Below are positions 1 to 9,072 of a stretch of DNA of 64,000 bases, piece after piece. The notes under the pieces were generated by a model that was not told the DNA's origin, ran no database searches, and saw nothing but the letters and a program-made list of their open reading frames with translations. Source of the stretch: an uncultured Erysipelotrichaceae bacterium. GTDB lineage: Bacteria > Bacillota_I > Bacilli_A > RFN20 > CAG-826. The stretch covers positions 80,961 to 144,960 of the forward strand of contig OMVV01000002.1 of assembly GCA_900314585.1 (NCBI GenBank), given 5' to 3'. The position numbers and the translations under genes are program-made. Every line of letters starts with the position of its first letter. Within the stretch, counting starts at the first letter, position 1.

Positions 1-505
1 AAGAAGCAATATAGAAAATGTCATATTCTTGTGGTTGATTTTCAATCTTTGCTTCCAATAATTCCTTTGAAGCAAAAGTCGGGCGATACTTAAATCCATA
101 TTCTTTGCAATCAACAATGTCGAATGAATAGATTTTATCAAAACAGCTAAAGATATTTTTGACTTGTGGATAAGTTGTAACGGCATCCCAAAGATATAAA
201 ATCTTTTTTGCTTTTTCGTGGTTCTTAAAAATAGCGTTAACATCATCGCTAGTAAAGGTTGTTGGATTGATGAAAATAAAAACATCAACATCAATGTCTT
301 TTAGTTGTTTTTGAATGAATTCAACATGGCGTTTAATAAAACGTTTTTGATAAGCTTTGGAATACTTAAAACGAAATTTACTAATTGATGAATTCTCAGG
401 TTTATATGAGAAATGAAAAACGTTATAACCTTTTCTTTTTAATGAAGCGATTATTTCATCATTGTACGTGTAAAACGGTATGTTAATTAAGACCGCGTTT
501 TTCAT
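1..505 (-). CDS. Partial (runs off window start) putative capsular-polysaccharide glycosyltransferase-like protein
   Basis: Open frame read manually from ATG at 505 to the edge: MKNAVLINIPFYTYNDEII...LYLWDAV...FDKIYSFDIVDCKEYGFKYRPTF. The YLWD...FD..YSFD..DC..YGF..P pattern is typical of GT-B-like proteins in cps/eps loci. Overlaps the end of the rmlD fusion. Confidence 0.55.
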   Translation of the reverse strand, partial: MKNAVLINIPFYTYNDEIIASLKRKGYNVFHFSYKPENSSISKFRFKYSKAYQKRFIKRHVEFIQKQLKDIDVDVFIFINPTTFTSDDVNAIFKNHEKAKKILYLWDAVTTYPQVKNIFSCFDKIYSFDIVDCKEYGFKYRPTFASKELLEAKIENQPQEYDIFYIAS

Positions 506-2216
506 ATTCTTTTAAAATCAATTTTAATTTTGAGTCATCACCATAAATTTCTGGTGAATCGTATGGCCGATCTGGGAAGACGCCATATTGTAGTTTTATA
601 TTCAGATTGTTTGCTTTGATGAAATTTTCAACCATTTCAGAGAGTGGCTTTGATTCTCCGCTACAAGCATTAATAATGCCAGTCACTTTTTGTTGAGTTG
701 ATATCATTGCAATGTATTTAGCAAGTAATTTGATATCGATGAAGTCATATCTGTTTTTGCCTGAATTGAACGGGAAGGTTGTCTTGCCATCTTTTGCGGC
801 ATCCAAAATTTTTGAAAAAATTGAGTGATTATCTTTATCAGATCCAGTGATATAGAAGGCGCGAATCCAATATAAATTGAAATCATGGTCATCTTTTAAC
901 TTAAACATCATTTGGCGAAGTTCGTTTTTTGCTTCTCCATAAGGAGATAGTGGTTTACATGGCGTGTTTTCATCGATTTTACCAACGTGATAACCAACTT
1001 CGTGCATCGACCCCATAACAGCAATATTTTTAACACCTGCATCAACAAGTGATTTTAAAAAATCAAAATGCTTATCTAAATCACCTAAATGGGTTGAGGC
1101 AGAATGATCAAAGCCGTTTCTCCACGCTAGATGAATTACAGTATCTGGATATTGATAGAACTCTAATAAATTATCGTGTTTATCAAAAATTGATGAATTA
1201 ATCTTAATTGCGTTTTCGACTTTTGAAGTATCGATATCGCAAGCGATAACTGTGTGACCAAGCTCATTAAGAGCATTTACTACATGAGGGCCAATGTAAC
1301 CATTCGCACCAGTTACCAAAACCCTTAGTGGGGCATCGCCACGTTTTTTGAGTTCAGCAACATATCTTTTTAATGCGTCTTGCCACGGAGGAAGATGAAT
1401 TAATCCAGCTTTCGTTAAGGATGATTTACTCATCCTACTATTCAAAGGTCTTTCAGCTTGGTTTGGATTGATTCGTTTATATTCTTCGCTGGAAACGTGA
1501 TTTACCTTAACGTTAAGATGCGCTTCTTTAAAAATAGCTTCTGCGAAATCAGCCCATGAACAAAAACCTTCATTTGTCGCATGGTAAACACCATACTTAT
1601 CAGTTTCAATCATATCGACTAAAAGTCTTGCTAGATCAAATGTATATGTTGGCGAACCGATTTGGTCAGCAACAACATTTAATTCAGGATGTGTTTTGCC
1701 AAGTTTTAACATGGTCTTAACAAAGTTATTGCCATTAACGCCAAATGCCCAAGAAATACGAACGATAAAATGTTTACCCAATGTTTGTTGAACAAATGTT
1801 TCTCCTAGCAATTTGCTTTGGCCATAAATTGAAAGTCCATTCTTTGGCGAATCTACTTCAAACGGTTCGGTTCCTTTTCCATCAAAAACATAGTCGGTGG
1901 AAATATAAACCATTGCCGCATCAACTTTTTTACAAGCTTCTGCAATATTTTTAGTGCCATATGAATTTACGCTAAAGACTTTGTCTTTGAATTCTTCTGC
2001 TTTATCAACAGCGGTCCACGCTGCATTATGCATAACAACAGCCGGCTTGTATTTATTAATAAAAGCATCAACGGCTTTAGCGTCCGTTATATCTAAATCT
2101 TGTATATCAATGCCCAAAACGTTTCGATATCCACGAGACTTTAGTTCGTTAACAACATCAAAACCAAGTTGGCCATTAACACCTGTTACAATAATTTTTG
2201 AATCTAAATTAATCAT
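483..2216 (-). CDS. rmlD: dTDP-4-dehydrorhamnose reductase (RmlD) fused to a second NAD-dependent SDR reductase/epimerase domain
   Basis: N-half: GVNGQLG, HNAAWTAVDKAE, YISTDYVFDG, YGQSK, DQIGSPTY (RmlD). C-half: second GANGYIG, HLAW, YGEAK. Start moved from 2234 to ATG 2216, just after the rmlC stop. Confidence 0.9.
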   Translation of the reverse strand: MINLDSKIIVTGVNGQLGFDVVNELKSRGYRNVLGIDIQDLDITDAKAVDAFINKYKPAVVMHNAAWTAVDKAEEFKDKVFSVNSYGTKNIAEACKKVDAAMVYISTDYVFDGKGTEPFEVDSPKNGLSIYGQSKLLGETFVQQTLGKHFIVRISWAFGVNGNNFVKTMLKLGKTHPELNVVADQIGSPTYTFDLARLLVDMIETDKYGVYHATNEGFCSWADFAEAIFKEAHLNVKVNHVSSEEYKRINPNQAERPLNSRMSKSSLTKAGLIHLPPWQDALKRYVAELKKRGDAPLRVLVTGANGYIGPHVVNALNELGHTVIACDIDTSKVENAIKINSSIFDKHDNLLEFYQYPDTVIHLAWRNGFDHSASTHLGDLDKHFDFLKSLVDAGVKNIAVMGSMHEVGYHVGKIDENTPCKPLSPYGEAKNELRQMMFKLKDDHDFNLYWIRAFYITGSDKDNHSIFSKILDAAKDGKTTFPFNSGKNRYDFIDIKLLAKYIAMISTQQKVTGIINACSGESKPLSEMVENFIKANNLNIKLQYGVFPDRPYDSPEIYGDDSKLKLILKEYEKRGLN

Positions 2217-2217
2217 T

Positions 2218-2769
2218 TTATAAATCAAACGCAATCTTTTCTTCTTTTAGTGTTTTGTGATGTTTATCCTTTTCAGATAATTCAATGTTTTCAACGTGAG
2301 GCCATTTAATATTAACATCTGGATCGTTAAACATAATTCCACCTTCATCTTCCGGATGGTAGACATCATCGCATTTATAGACGAATTCGGCGGTATCGCT
2401 TAAAACAACAAATCCATGAGCAAAGCCTCTAGGAATTAATAACATCTTTTTGTTTTCGGCAGTCAAAATTTCACCAATCCACTTACCATATGTTGGACTA
2501 TCTTTTCTTAAATCAACTGCCACATCAAAAACCTCGCCTTCGATAACACGAACAAGTTTTGTTTGAGGATGCGTTTTTTGAAAGTGAAGACCTCTTAATA
2601 CGCCCTTATGAGATTTAGAATGGTTATCTTGGACGAAATTAAAATGTAATCCGACCTTCGCAAAATCATTTTCGTTATAAGTTTCCATAAAGAAACCACG
2701 GGAATCTCCAAATACTTGTGGAGTAATAATATAAACACCTTTAATGTTCGTTTCTTCGAATTTGAGCAT
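2218..2769 (-). CDS. rmlC: dTDP-4-dehydrorhamnose 3,5-epimerase
   Basis: FGDSRGFFMETY, VQDNHSKS.KGVLRGLHFQ, GEVFDVAVDLRKDSPTYGKW, PRGFAHGF. Confidence 0.97.
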   Translation of the reverse strand: MLKFEETNIKGVYIITPQVFGDSRGFFMETYNENDFAKVGLHFNFVQDNHSKSHKGVLRGLHFQKTHPQTKLVRVIEGEVFDVAVDLRKDSPTYGKWIGEILTAENKKMLLIPRGFAHGFVVLSDTAEFVYKCDDVYHPEDEGGIMFNDPDVNIKWPHVENIELSEKDKHHKTLKEEKIAFDL

Positions 2770-2882
2770 TATCTACACCTCGATTTCTTAATGTATTATT
2801 GCTTAATGAAGTATGAAAATCAAGTAGTCTAACAATTACTTGTTACTTATTAACCTTGGTTTGTGATAAAATTATGACTTGT

Positions 2883-4091
2883 ATGGACAACGCAAAAAAG
2901 ATTAAATTCCCGTTAGTTCTCAATCCATTTTACATCTACGCAATCATATGGATGATAGTTTTGTTTATTCGTTCATTAAATATCAATCACATCTATCCAG
3001 CCACGCCTGTCAACTTGTGGATTTTTATCTTTTTGACAATCATTTTATCTTTGTTTTTTGGATATGTTTATCATCAAATTATCCTAAAAAATGCATCAAA
3101 AACTACTTTTGAAATAACAGGTAACTATCCCGCTTATTTTTTGGCAACAGTTTGCGTTCTTGGTATCATCGCATCCATCATTTATTCCCGCAATTTGCCA
3201 ATATTATCGACAATCCGTGGTGATGCACAGTCTTATCGTGAATTCGGAATTCCAACCGTCACCCCACTGATTATATGTTGCGCACTAGCTTTGAACGCAA
3301 TCACATCCGTTAAGCTATTTTATGGAAAAGAAAAACGCGTGCACAATTTGATTATTCTTCTTATTTGTTATGTTATTTTCTTACTAACATTCTCTCGTGG
3401 CGCACTCATCATCTGTGTTGCTTCTTCATTCTTTATAGCGATTTCAAGAACCAGATTTGGTTTTAAGAAAATAATTGGAACAATTATATTCGTTCTTATA
3501 TTTGCTTTTGTTTTCAACATCTTTGGAAATATCAGACAACAATCTGCATGGAATGATTCTTCATATATTATGGGTTTAGCTAAATTCGATGAGAATTATT
3601 CGTGGTTAAGCAATTTTTCGTGGGGAATTATTTATCTTGATTCGCCACTCGGAAATGTTGCATACAATATGGAAAATGTTTCTTACATCAATGATATTGA
3701 TGGTTTTATTTCCCAACTCATTCCAGACCTAATTAGTAAACGAATTTTCTCTGGTTATGATTCTCAATTAGTCTTAGCATGCCCAGGTTTGAATGTCGCC
3801 TCTATGTACGAAGGTGGATATAAATTCTTTGGTTTATTTGGCATGGGCATTCAATTTATTTTGATGTCAATGATCATCTTTATCCTGGCTGCAATTTCTA
3901 GAAGAAGAACCGAAACTCTCTTAGCTGTCTCTGTTTATTTAACAATTCTTTCAGCCATGACTTTCTTCTCTAATGTTTTTGTTTATTCTGGATTTTCTTT
4001 TGCTGTTTTGGTCATTTTAATATTTGATTTTATTCGTTACCCAAGTCCTAAACACGTTTCACTATCAATTAATGAAAAACAAACAATATAG
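2883..4091 (+). CDS. Polytopic membrane protein, probable polysaccharide repeat-unit polymerase (Wzy-like)
   Basis: About 10 hydrophobic segments, SRG motif after a TM, large loop; next to rml genes. Start 2883 preferred over 2856 because TG-A-TAAAAT lies at 2864-2872. Confidence 0.65.
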   Translation: MDNAKKIKFPLVLNPFYIYAIIWMIVLFIRSLNINHIYPATPVNLWIFIFLTIILSLFFGYVYHQIILKNASKTTFEITGNYPAYFLATVCVLGIIASIIYSRNLPILSTIRGDAQSYREFGIPTVTPLIICCALALNAITSVKLFYGKEKRVHNLIILLICYVIFLLTFSRGALIICVASSFFIAISRTRFGFKKIIGTIIFVLIFAFVFNIFGNIRQQSAWNDSSYIMGLAKFDENYSWLSNFSWGIIYLDSPLGNVAYNMENVSYINDIDGFISQLIPDLISKRIFSGYDSQLVLACPGLNVASMYEGGYKFFGLFGMGIQFILMSMIIFILAAISRRRTETLLAVSVYLTILSAMTFFSNVFVYSGFSFAVLVILIFDFIRYPSPKHVSLSINEKQTI

Positions 4092-4120
4092 TTGTAATTT
4101 TTAAATTACATCTTTATAAT
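4092..4120 (+). promoter_or_regulatory. Sigma-A-type promoter for the SAM riboswitch/metK transcript
   Basis: TTGTAA (4092-4097), 17-bp spacer, TATAAT (4115-4120); riboswitch begins about 8 nt downstream. Confidence 0.65.
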
Positions 4121-4127
4121 AAAGTAC

Positions 4128-4231
4128 GCTTATCAAGAACTGCGCTAAAAGGATGAAAAAACGCAGTAGCAACTCTCCCAGGCGAGTAAGTGCTCTTCCT
4201 TAGCAGTGGCCCACCCACTGAGCGATAAGAA
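4128..4231 (+). promoter_or_regulatory. SAM-I-like (S-box) riboswitch aptamer, variant P2
   Basis: P1 CTTATC/GATAAG, J1/2 AAGA, P2 CTGCG/CGCAG, P3 AGCAAC...GTGCT, P4 CAGTGG/CCACTG; directly upstream of metK and followed by a terminator. Confidence 0.82.
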
Positions 4232-4242
4232 ACGAGATTCAC

Positions 4243-4280
4243 AAAAAAGTGACTTTCGATGGTGGGAGTCATTTTTTTCT
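4243..4280 (+). terminator. Intrinsic terminator of the SAM riboswitch expression platform
   Basis: AAAAAAGTGACTTTC-gatggt-GGGAGTCATTTTTTT hairpin plus U-tract between aptamer and metK RBS. Confidence 0.75.
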
Positions 4281-4299
4281 TTCAAAGGAGTTGAATCTT

Positions 4300-5466
4300 A
4301 TGAAAAATCTGAATCTATTTACTTCCGAATCAGTCTCGGAAGGTCATCCAGATAAAGTTTGTGATCAAATCGCTGATACCATTTTAGATGAATGCTTAAA
4401 AGTTGATCCAAAAAGTCGTGTTGCTTGCGAAGTTTTCGCGACAAAAAACTTTGTTTTGATTGGTGGAGAAATCTCATCTAAAGCAAAACCTAATTACAAA
4501 AAGATTGTTAAAGATGTTTTAAATGACATCGGATACACGAAGAAAGAATACGGTTTCTCGAGTGATGAAGTTGTTGTCGAAGTTCGTGTTCAAGAACAAT
4601 CAAGTGATATCGCTATGGGTGTCGATGCCAAAAAAGATGAAGAGATTGGTGCAGGCGATCAAGGAATTATGTTTGGTTATGCGACCAACGAGAACAAAGG
4701 TTATATGCCGCTTCCAATCGCTATTGCTCATAAGCTTGTCCGCATCGCTACAACGTTAAGAAAAGAAGGCAAATTTGAGCACGCTAGACCAGATATGAAG
4801 TCTCAAGTCTCGATTGATTACTCAGATCCAAAAAATCCGCGAATTGCCACGATATTGATGTCTATTCAACATGATCCAGATATTGATATGGATGAGTTTA
4901 AAGGCTATGTTAAGAACCATATTATGATTCCGGTTGCGAAGTCATTTAAGCTCAACACTGACTTTGAAACAATCATTAACCCAACAGGCAATTTCGTTAT
5001 CGGTGGTCCAGCTGGTGATACTGGCGTTACTGGCCGTAAAATTATTGTCGATACTTATGGTGGTGCTGGTCATCACGGTGGTGGTGCATTTTCTGGAAAA
5101 GACCCGACAAAAGTCGATCGAAGTGCCTCATACATGGCTAGATACATCGCCAAAAACTTAGTGGCATCAGGTGTTGCAGATCGTCTCGAAGTTCAACTCG
5201 GTTATGCGATCGGCAAAAACGAACCAGTCTCCGTTCACGTTGATACATTCAATACTTCTAAATATAGCGACGATGAGATTGTTCAACTTATTTTGAAAGT
5301 GTTTGATCTTAGACCAGGAATGATTATTAAAAACTTTTCACTCACCAAGCCAACATTTGAATATCACAAGCTAACCAATTATGGTCATTTTGGCCGACCA
5401 GATTTGAATCTGCCTTGGGAAAAACTTGATAAATTAGAAGATATTAAGAAAGCATTAAGCAAGTAG
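4300..5466 (+). CDS. metK: S-adenosylmethionine synthetase
   Basis: FTSESVSEGHPDK, GAGDQGIMFGYA, GGGAFSGKDPTKVDRS. ATG 4300 follows AAGGAG. Confidence 0.98.
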   Translation: MKNLNLFTSESVSEGHPDKVCDQIADTILDECLKVDPKSRVACEVFATKNFVLIGGEISSKAKPNYKKIVKDVLNDIGYTKKEYGFSSDEVVVEVRVQEQSSDIAMGVDAKKDEEIGAGDQGIMFGYATNENKGYMPLPIAIAHKLVRIATTLRKEGKFEHARPDMKSQVSIDYSDPKNPRIATILMSIQHDPDIDMDEFKGYVKNHIMIPVAKSFKLNTDFETIINPTGNFVIGGPAGDTGVTGRKIIVDTYGGAGHHGGGAFSGKDPTKVDRSASYMARYIAKNLVASGVADRLEVQLGYAIGKNEPVSVHVDTFNTSKYSDDEIVQLILKVFDLRPGMIIKNFSLTKPTFEYHKLTNYGHFGRPDLNLPWEKLDKLEDIKKALSK

Positions 5467-5565
5467 TAAAACTTTTTATTTATTCACTATATTTTTATAT
5501 ATAAATTTGCCATAATATAAGTGTAATTAGCTACATAGCATAATTTGGAAAGGAGATGCACTTTT

Positions 5566-6123
5566 ATGAAATACCAAATTATTGGTAAGAACATCGAAGT
5601 CACCGACGGAATTAAAAACGCTGTTGAAAGCAAACTTTCCCGCATGGAAAAATATTTCGTCATCAATGAAGATGTCACTTGCCGCGTCGTTGTCAGATCC
5701 TACAAGGTAGGAGCAAAGGTTGAAATTACAATTTTCACTCCTCACATGGACCTCAGAGCCGAGGTTAGCAACGCAGATTTATATGCTGCTGTCGACTTAG
5801 CCATCGATAAACTCGAAGGTCAAATGAGAAAACTAAAAACCAGAATGGACCGTTCTAAAGGCGGTAAAGTTTCTTTAGGTAAAGCTTTAGCGTTTGAAAA
5901 CATTGAAGTTACTGAAGAAGAAATTGAAGAAGATGATCAAGTTGTTAGAACTAAATCAAAATATCTTGATCCAATGACTGTTGATGAAGCAATTATGAGA
6001 ATGGAGGCAATCGGTCACCCATTCTTCCTCTATTTAGATGAAGAAGATGATCGTATCAGTGTCGTCTATGAACGTGAAGACGGCGGTTATGGTATCTTCC
6101 AAGCTGAAAACCCTTTAAGATAA
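5566..6123 (+). CDS. hpf: Ribosome hibernation promoting factor (long HPF/RaiA)
   Basis: I.GKNIEVTD.IK..VE.KL, DLYAAVDLAIDKLEGQMRK.K, C-terminal PMTVDEAI..ME..GHPFF. SD AAGGAG before ATG 5566. Confidence 0.95.
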   Translation: MKYQIIGKNIEVTDGIKNAVESKLSRMEKYFVINEDVTCRVVVRSYKVGAKVEITIFTPHMDLRAEVSNADLYAAVDLAIDKLEGQMRKLKTRMDRSKGGKVSLGKALAFENIEVTEEEIEEDDQVVRTKSKYLDPMTVDEAIMRMEAIGHPFFLYLDEEDDRISVVYEREDGGYGIFQAENPLR

Positions 6124-6126
6124 GTC

Positions 6127-6167
6127 AAAAGAAAGAGGAGATAATCTATCACTCCTCTTTTTCTTTT
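6127..6167 (+). terminator. Intrinsic terminator after hpf
   Basis: AAAAGAAAGAGGAG-loop-CTCCTCTTTTTCTTTT. Confidence 0.8.
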
Positions 6168-6212
6168 ACAAAAAAGTTGCCTTTTTAGAATAATGTTAAT
6201 AAAATTAACGAA

Positions 6213-7064
6213 ATGCCAAAACTACTTGCGACAGATTTAGATGGAACATTGTTCTATCCCAAGAAAAGAATCCGTTTAGTGTCGAACCGCACTAAAAAGA
6301 TGATTCAAAAATTCATCGATGATGGAAATCATTTCGTTGTCGTCTCTGGTCGCAATATTGGTCCGTGCACCCGCGTCTTCAAACGTCTTGATCGTGAAGG
6401 AATCGCGATCGGTTGCAATGGGTCATTTATCACTCAAAATGGAAAGATAATTCATAAGCAAACTTTTGCACCCGATGTTCTACATCGAGTCATTGAATAT
6501 ATTGAATCTCATTTCCCAATCAAAGGATTATACGTTATGGCGGACAATGATGAATTCGTCCAACGTGAAAAGTTCTCTTCTCTTTTCTATCGAATCGTTA
6601 ATACACTTTGGTATATTTACCAAGGTGCACTTAAAAATCCATATCATATTTCTAAAGATCGTTTCTATGAACTTATCAACCAGGGCAAAGTTTATAAACT
6701 TATGGTTATGTTTGGGGTGAGTAAGAAAGCTAAAAAACGTTCTGCTGAAGCAAACAAAGAATTATTTAGAGAATTTGGCCATGAAATTGAAGCGAGTTGG
6801 TCCAATGAATTTATTGAGATTTCTCCATATGGTTGCTCTAAATCAAATGGATTGAAATTTATTGAGAATTATCTTAAGATAAATCACAGCGACATTTACG
6901 TCGTCGGGGATTCTGGTAACGATATTTCAATGTTTAAGGAATATCAAGAACAATCATTTTGTATGTCCCACGCACCGCTATCGGTCTCGAAGTATGCGAA
7001 ACATACAATCAAAAGATTCGAGAACATTGAAACATATCTTTATCAAGATATAGAAAGGAAGTAA
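6213..7064 (+). CDS. Cof-type HAD-IIB hydrolase
   Basis: DLDGTL, SGR, IGCNG, SKSNGL, VGDSGNDISMF. Confidence 0.9.
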   Translation: MPKLLATDLDGTLFYPKKRIRLVSNRTKKMIQKFIDDGNHFVVVSGRNIGPCTRVFKRLDREGIAIGCNGSFITQNGKIIHKQTFAPDVLHRVIEYIESHFPIKGLYVMADNDEFVQREKFSSLFYRIVNTLWYIYQGALKNPYHISKDRFYELINQGKVYKLMVMFGVSKKAKKRSAEANKELFREFGHEIEASWSNEFIEISPYGCSKSNGLKFIENYLKINHSDIYVVGDSGNDISMFKEYQEQSFCMSHAPLSVSKYAKHTIKRFENIETYLYQDIERK

Positions 7065-7066
7065 TT

Positions 7067-7921
7067 ATGAATAATTACACTGCTGCTATTGGTAGCTTCA
7101 TTCGTTACGACATGATCATCTTCAATACTCTTGAGTATACGATGAAAAAAGACAAGTACGATGTTGCAGCCTACAAAGCTCGTAAGGAAATTATCCGCAA
7201 CGAACTTGATCAAAATACCCCATTACATGCTTGCTTAGAGAATTCAGGTGAAGCTGGTGCAAATCTTACCAAACGCATCAATGAACTTCTTGATGTCGTC
7301 TATGGAAACGATTCAACCATCTTAAAACTTTCCCAAGATGGAAGTGAACTTCACGTTGATTATTCCCAATGCGTAACTGTCTTTGAACACGTTTTACCAA
7401 TTCACGAAGAACTTCGTAAAATCATCGAGGCTCATATGAATGGTGCGCGTAAAGATGATAAGATGGATGAACCATCCTATGTTGATTTAATCTCTAAAAA
7501 TGAATATTTTTACCGCGGAATGGTCAACATGCTTCTTTTAGATCAATTTGATCACCTCTTCGCTGAATATAACAAAGCAAGAAACGAAGCTAAAGGAGCG
7601 ATCACTCCTCAATCAAACTTCATCCAAAACGACATTTCTCGCGTTGTGAATTTATTCCACTTTGTCCGTAACAATGCGGTCGCTAGAAGTGCTGACTATT
7701 ACGAAGTAATCGATCCACTCTTTGCATTAATTGAAATGACTGGTGGTCGTCGTGATCTTCCTGAAGGCAAGAACTTTGGTGATGTCTTCACTAATGTGAA
7801 ACAAATTACTCGTGAGCACGCAAACAAATGGGAAATCGCTTGGAAACCTGTTTATGATAACTTCAACAAACACTTCCAAGAAGAAATCCAAAAGATGCAA
7901 GCTAATGCTAAACAAGCTTAA
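7067..7921 (+). CDS. Conserved-looking hypothetical helical cytoplasmic protein
   Basis: 284-aa ORF with SD GAAAGGA and codon usage like the housekeeping genes; no motif recognised. Confidence 0.8.
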   Translation: MNNYTAAIGSFIRYDMIIFNTLEYTMKKDKYDVAAYKARKEIIRNELDQNTPLHACLENSGEAGANLTKRINELLDVVYGNDSTILKLSQDGSELHVDYSQCVTVFEHVLPIHEELRKIIEAHMNGARKDDKMDEPSYVDLISKNEYFYRGMVNMLLLDQFDHLFAEYNKARNEAKGAITPQSNFIQNDISRVVNLFHFVRNNAVARSADYYEVIDPLFALIEMTGGRRDLPEGKNFGDVFTNVKQITREHANKWEIAWKPVYDNFNKHFQEEIQKMQANAKQA

Positions 7922-7965
7922 TTGATTTAATTTTATTAAAGTGATATTGTATTTGAGGTTTATTT

Positions 7966-8367
7966 ATGAAAGATAAAGTTAGCGGTAAAGAATTTGCTTG
8001 GTATTTATCCGGCGCAACCATCGCCGCTTTTGGTGTTATTTTAATGATTTTTGGCATTATCGGCCATCATCTTTCAACTAACGCTGATAGCAACTTTATC
8101 AAAACTGCTGAAAATGCATTAATCAATGGAATTCATATCCCATTCGATTTTAGAATTTGGGGCATCCTCATCTTCTTATTAGGTGTTGCGGTTGTTATCT
8201 GTGCTTTAGCGTTTAACGCTAAGAAGACAGACCGTGAAGTTGAAAAACAACTCCGTAGACAACAACGTCAAGCTGCTCTTAAAGACAACACAATCGAAGT
8301 TAAATCAGCGGTTGAAATCATTGAAGAGCCAGCCCCTCAAGAAGCCCCAACTCCTGAAGCTAAATAA
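7966..8367 (+). CDS. Small two-TM membrane protein
   Basis: Two hydrophobic stretches, charged C-tail, SD GAGG. Confidence 0.75.
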   Translation: MKDKVSGKEFAWYLSGATIAAFGVILMIFGIIGHHLSTNADSNFIKTAENALINGIHIPFDFRIWGILIFLLGVAVVICALAFNAKKTDREVEKQLRRQQRQAALKDNTIEVKSAVEIIEEPAPQEAPTPEAK

Positions 8368-8383
8368 GTTAAATTCAATTGAT

Positions 8384-8410
8384 AAGGTGTCTATCGACAC
8401 CTTTTTCTTT
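8384..8410 (+). terminator. Intrinsic terminator
   Basis: AAGGTGTC-tatc-GACACCTT followed by T-run. Confidence 0.75.
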
Positions 8411-8442
8411 TCTAAATTTTCTAGATTTGTTATTATTTGAAT

Positions 8443-9072
8443 ATGCTTAAGGAATACGACATTTATTTATTTGATTTCGATGGCACTCTTTTTGATACCC
8501 TTGAATCTTCAATATATGTTTTTGAAGAAGCCTATCGTCGTATTGGAGTTTCAATCGACCGCGATAAAATCTTGGGTTATACCCGCGAACCAATTCCTAA
8601 TTCTTATAAAAGAGTGATGGGAAGCATGGATGGTTATCCTGCTTTTATAAAAAGCATTGATGAACTTGTCTTTTCTGATAAAGTAACTCAAATGGCAGAG
8701 ATTTATTCTGATACTACATCAACAATTGAAGAATTAAAGAAACAAGGTAAAGTTGTTGGTATTGTTACCTCAAATGCGAAATCTCACATTATTGATGTTT
8801 TGAATCGTTTCGACTTAACAAAGTGTTTTGATATTATCGTTGGCAATCGTGAAGCACCAGTTCCAAAGCCATCACCAGAGCCAATTTTAAAAGCTCTTGA
8901 ATTCCTTAAATATAAAGGAAGTAAGAATAGAGTTATTTATGTTGGAGATTCCCTTAATGATGCGATTGCTGCGAAAAATGCAGGGATTTCCCCATTACTA
9001 ATTGATCGACTTAATGAATTTAAAGACTCTGGTTACCCAGTAATAGATTCATTAGATGAAATAATAAGATAG
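8443..9072 (+). CDS. HAD-IA hydrolase (phosphoglycolate phosphatase/PPase-like)
   Basis: DFDGTL, VTSN, KPSPEPI, YVGDS.ND. Start 8443 preferred (extended -10 TG-T-TATTAT ends at 8436). Confidence 0.88.
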   Translation: MLKEYDIYLFDFDGTLFDTLESSIYVFEEAYRRIGVSIDRDKILGYTREPIPNSYKRVMGSMDGYPAFIKSIDELVFSDKVTQMAEIYSDTTSTIEELKKQGKVVGIVTSNAKSHIIDVLNRFDLTKCFDIIVGNREAPVPKPSPEPILKALEFLKYKGSKNRVIYVGDSLNDAIAAKNAGISPLLIDRLNEFKDSGYPVIDSLDEIIR

